A stretch of DNA of 64,000 nt from an uncultured bacterium (GTDB taxonomy: Bacteria; Fidelibacterota; Marinisomatia; Marinisomatales; UBA1611). Both the position numbers and the translations under genes were made by a program. The stretch covers positions 240,873 to 304,872 of the forward strand of contig CALSPG010000001.1 in the NCBI GenBank assembly GCA_943788175.1, read 5' to 3'. Under the pieces are notes generated by a model. It was not told the DNA's origin, did no database searches, and saw only the letters and a program-made list of their open reading frames with translations. Shown in pieces: positions 61,164-64,000 of this stretch. Position 1 is the stretch's first letter. Each line of letters starts with the position of its first letter.

Positions 61164-62747
61164 CTACACGTTCACAGATTCTTCAATAAATAAAAGATAT
61201 CTACTGTTTTTATCATTTTCATATTGGTTTAATGCGTCTAAATAAGCTTTAACACTTGCTTTGATTGTATCGGTTGATGTTCCCTTTGATATATATAAAG
61301 AGTCATTAATAAACAGTCTTATTATCACTTCTCCGAATGCATCCTTTCCGCTGGTTATCGATCTAACCTTGTAATCATGAAGCTTAATATCATAATCAAG
61401 CTTTAAAGCTCTCTTGATAGCTTTAAAACAGGCTGCTACAGGCCCATCACCTGTTGCAGATTCTTGTTCAATACTATCTGGTGTCTTTATGCGTACAGTA
61501 GCGGTGGGTATAGTATTAGTGCCATTATTAACATGAAGGTAGTCCAGTTCGTATGAGTTATTTTTATTCACATTTCTATCGCCCATCAATATTCTAAGGT
61601 CATCATCGAATATTTCTTTTTTCTTATCCGCTAATTCTAAAAACTTAGAATAAACTTTATTCATCTCTTTATTAGTAAGCTCGTATCCTAATTCAGATAA
61701 CCTAGATTGGATACCATGCCTACCAGAATGACGACCAAGTATAATTTTACTTTTATTTAGACCTACAGACTCAGGAGTCATTATTTCATAAGTTTCTCTG
61801 TTTTTTAAAAATCCATCTTGATGTATACCTGATTCATGAGCAAAAGCATTGTCACCAACAATGGCTTTATTTGCTTGAACAATCATACCAGTATGTTTAG
61901 AAACCATTTTACTGGTATTATAAATTTCTTTTGTGACTATATCTGTATCAAAGTCCCAATAATCATTTCTAACATTCAGACTCATGACTATTTCCTCGAG
62001 AGAGGCATTACCAGCGCGTTCACCTATGCCATTTATGGTACACTCAACCTGTCGCGCCCCTGATGATATCGCAGACAGAGAGTTTGCTACTGCCAACCCT
62101 AGATCATTATGACAATGAACACTAATAATTGCCTTTCGAATATTTCTAACCTTCTTCTTTATTAATAATATTTTTTCACCAAATTCTAAAGGCATAGTGT
62201 ATCCAGTCGTATCAGGTACATTAATTACTGTCGCGCCAGCATCAATGACAGCCTCTATAATCTCGCACAAATAATTAATATCTGTTCTACCAGCGTCTTC
62301 AGGAGAAAACTCAACATCATCTGTTAATGTTTTAGCATAGGTGACTGCATCAGCTGCCATTTTAATAACTGTTTCTCTTTTCTCGTTAAGATTTATACCG
62401 TATTTCGTATCTGAAAACTTTCCCATGATATGAATATCAGAAGTGCCCGCAAATGTATGAATACGATAATTATTTGCATTCTTTAAGGCCTCATACGCTT
62501 TCTTTACATCTTTCGGAATTGACCTCGCTAGAGCGGCTATTATGGGACCATCTGTACTGCCTGATATTCTTTCTACAGCCTCAAACTGAGCTTTTGAAGA
62601 AACAGGAAAACCAGCTTCAATTACATCAACATTTAATTTTGATAGTTGTTTTGCTATCTCGACTTTTTCTTCAATTTCAAGAGAAGAGCCAGGTGCTTGT
62701 TCTCCATCTCTAAGGGTAGTATCAAAAATAACTATTTTATCGCTCAT
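61164..62747 (-). CDS. leuA: 2-isopropylmalate synthase
   Basis: FDTTLRDGEQ, HCHNDLGLAVANSL and the C-terminal LeuA-dimer domain (GDGPVAACFKAI). Confidence 0.95.
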   Translation of the reverse strand: MSDKIVIFDTTLRDGEQAPGSSLEIEEKVEIAKQLSKLNVDVIEAGFPVSSKAQFEAVERISGSTDGPIIAALARSIPKDVKKAYEALKNANNYRIHTFAGTSDIHIMGKFSDTKYGINLNEKRETVIKMAADAVTYAKTLTDDVEFSPEDAGRTDINYLCEIIEAVIDAGATVINVPDTTGYTMPLEFGEKILLIKKKVRNIRKAIISVHCHNDLGLAVANSLSAISSGARQVECTINGIGERAGNASLEEIVMSLNVRNDYWDFDTDIVTKEIYNTSKMVSKHTGMIVQANKAIVGDNAFAHESGIHQDGFLKNRETYEIMTPESVGLNKSKIILGRHSGRHGIQSRLSELGYELTNKEMNKVYSKFLELADKKKEIFDDDLRILMGDRNVNKNNSYELDYLHVNNGTNTIPTATVRIKTPDSIEQESATGDGPVAACFKAIKRALKLDYDIKLHDYKVRSITSGKDAFGEVIIRLFINDSLYISKGTSTDTIKASVKAYLDALNQYENDKNSRYLLFIEESVNV

Positions 62748-62756
62748 TATGGTTCT

Positions 62757-63839
62757 CTAATCTTTGTTAGTTAAAAGTTTTCTATAGTTTTCTATTACCA
62801 GTTCTGTGAATTCAACAGTCGATAAATTTTTATTTTTATCGTTTACAATATCAGGAGTTCCATATCCTGCATCTAATGAATCACTAACCGCTTGATGAAG
62901 ATTCGATTCTATAGTTTTTTCATTAAATGAAATACCCATCATCATTGCAATAGACAGAATAGACGCTATAGGGTTCGCAATATTTTTACCCGCTAGGTCC
63001 GGAGCAGAACCATGAACTGGTTCATACATAGAAAAATTATCACCAATACTTGCAGATGGTAGCATTCCTAAGCTTCCTGTAATCATAGCAGAGATATCAC
63101 TCAAAATATCACCAAATAAATTTTGAGTGACAATTACATCAAACTGCTTAGGGTTATGAATAATCTGCATTGCAGCATTATCCACATACATATCAGATAA
63201 CATTACGTCTGGATAATTTTTATGAACATCATGTATAATATTTTGCCAAAATTGAGAGCTCTCTAATACATTTGATTTATGAACTGAGACTAAGTTTTTT
63301 GAACGACTTTGAGCCAGCTTGAATGATACATGGGCGATTCGTTCAACTTCTTTTTTTGTATATTCTAATGTATTCCAGCCTCTATCCGCTTCTAAACCCC
63401 TAGGACTACCAAAATATATTCCGCCCGTTAATTCTCTTACAATCATAATATTCGTACCTTCAATTATATTAGGCTTTAAGCTAGATGAATGAACTAAAGC
63501 TTTAAAAATATTTGCCGGTCTTAAGTTCGAGAACAGAGAAAGTGATTTTCTTAATTTTAAGAGTGCTTGTTCAGGTTTCTTATCATGCTCTACATTGTCC
63601 CACTTGGGACCACCTACAGCACCCAAAAAAACAGAATCAGAAGACAGGCAAGCTTCTAGAGTGTCGTTCGTGAGAGGTGTATCATATAAATCAATAGATT
63701 TACCCCCAATTTCCTTTTCTATAATAGTAAATTCTAATTCACTGTGCCTTGAGACTTCTTTTAATACTTCTACAGCGGAAGTAGTTATTTCAGGTCCTAT
63801 TCCGTCACCAGGAAGCGTTATTATGTTATAATTTTTCAT
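62757..63839 (-). CDS. leuB: 3-isopropylmalate dehydrogenase
   Basis: ITLPGDGIGPE, VRELTGGIYFG and NLFGDILSD. Confidence 0.95.
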   Translation of the reverse strand: MKNYNIITLPGDGIGPEITTSAVEVLKEVSRHSELEFTIIEKEIGGKSIDLYDTPLTNDTLEACLSSDSVFLGAVGGPKWDNVEHDKKPEQALLKLRKSLSLFSNLRPANIFKALVHSSSLKPNIIEGTNIMIVRELTGGIYFGSPRGLEADRGWNTLEYTKKEVERIAHVSFKLAQSRSKNLVSVHKSNVLESSQFWQNIIHDVHKNYPDVMLSDMYVDNAAMQIIHNPKQFDVIVTQNLFGDILSDISAMITGSLGMLPSASIGDNFSMYEPVHGSAPDLAGKNIANPIASILSIAMMMGISFNEKTIESNLHQAVSDSLDAGYGTPDIVNDKNKNLSTVEFTELVIENYRKLLTNKD

Positions 63840-64000
63840 ATTAATTAATTCGGTTATTATATTTTAAATCAACACTGATAAATAATCTGCATAATTAAGA
63901 AGTTTTGTGGAAGAATGTATTCCCAAGTACCGCTCAAACAGAATTATTATTTCTTATTAAGCGGTCAGAAAAGCGCGAATAATAATCAGGGATAAGATAA

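Noticed and set aside
1-64000. Genome-wide reassignment of TGA (code 4 Trp or code 25 Gly) as the explanation for the in-frame TGA at 5104
   Set aside because: Long conserved genes (leuS, the 1648-aa kinase, GH81, leuABCD, the peptidases) contain no internal TGA. TGA also ends the rhodanese gene at a sensible place (6669-6671, overlapping the next ATG). A single TGA at a Cys-like position followed by a hairpin fits Sec or an error, not a recoded genome.
63840-64000. Leucine leader peptide or attenuator upstream of leuB
   Set aside because: The only small ORF on the minus strand is MQIIYQC, which has no Leu codons. The only inverted repeat (ACCGCT/AGCGGT) has a loop of more than 25 nt and no U-tract. 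This is not convincing, and the region is truncated by the window edge.
1-64000. CRISPR arrays, rRNA genes, large tandem or interspersed repeats
   Set aside because: I noticed no regularly spaced direct repeats and no rRNA-like GC-rich conserved blocks while reading the window. The two GC-rich hairpins at 18.78 and 19.74 kb share only a generic TTGCGCC-T-run terminator form.

Overview
Visibly AT-rich bacterial chromosomal segment. The two glycoside hydrolases carry C-terminal 'NYPNPFN' T9SS-type sorting domains and there is a gldA/gldF/gldG-like ABC operon, which points to the FCB superphylum (Bacteroidota-like or Marinimicrobia-like, marine heterotroph). I cannot name the organism from sequence alone.

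Content by function:
- Housekeeping: leuS, the leuB-leuA-leuC-leuD operon, lepB, rnhB, yciH/SUI1, suhB-like IMPase and tRNA-Gly(GCC).
- Peptide and amino-acid scavenging: M28 peptidase, S9A prolyl oligopeptidase, VanX-like dipeptidase, two amidohydrolases, an Ntn acylase and an alanine/glycine:cation symporter.
- Secreted polysaccharide degradation: a GH81 beta-1,3-glucanase and a GH18 chitinase.
- Signalling: a large hybrid histidine kinase, a CheY-like regulator, a DHp-only protein and a REC-adenylate cyclase in one block, plus a second cyclase-TPR protein elsewhere.

Most interesting observation: a lipoprotein of the calcineurin-like/5'-nucleotidase type (4969..6141) has a single in-frame TGA at what looks like a Cys position ('DPCG-TGA'). 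A hairpin follows whose GGUCUG apex sits at the same spacing from the UGA as I recall for the E. coli fdhF SECIS. This makes it a candidate new selenoprotein. It lies next to a rhodanese and a MauE/DoxX gene.

Second theme: reading-frame disruptions fall in four discrete patches (about 0.6-2.15 kb, 6.8 kb, 8.4-9.9 kb and 55.9-58.6 kb), while about 45 kb in between is clean. The affected genes are a MORN-repeat gene, MauE/DoxX, a beta-helix/FGE protein, an ABC-F ATPase and a cimA-like synthase. This is either gene decay or local sequence-quality problems, and I cannot tell which from the sequence.

I saw no CRISPR array, no rRNA and no recognisable mobile element.
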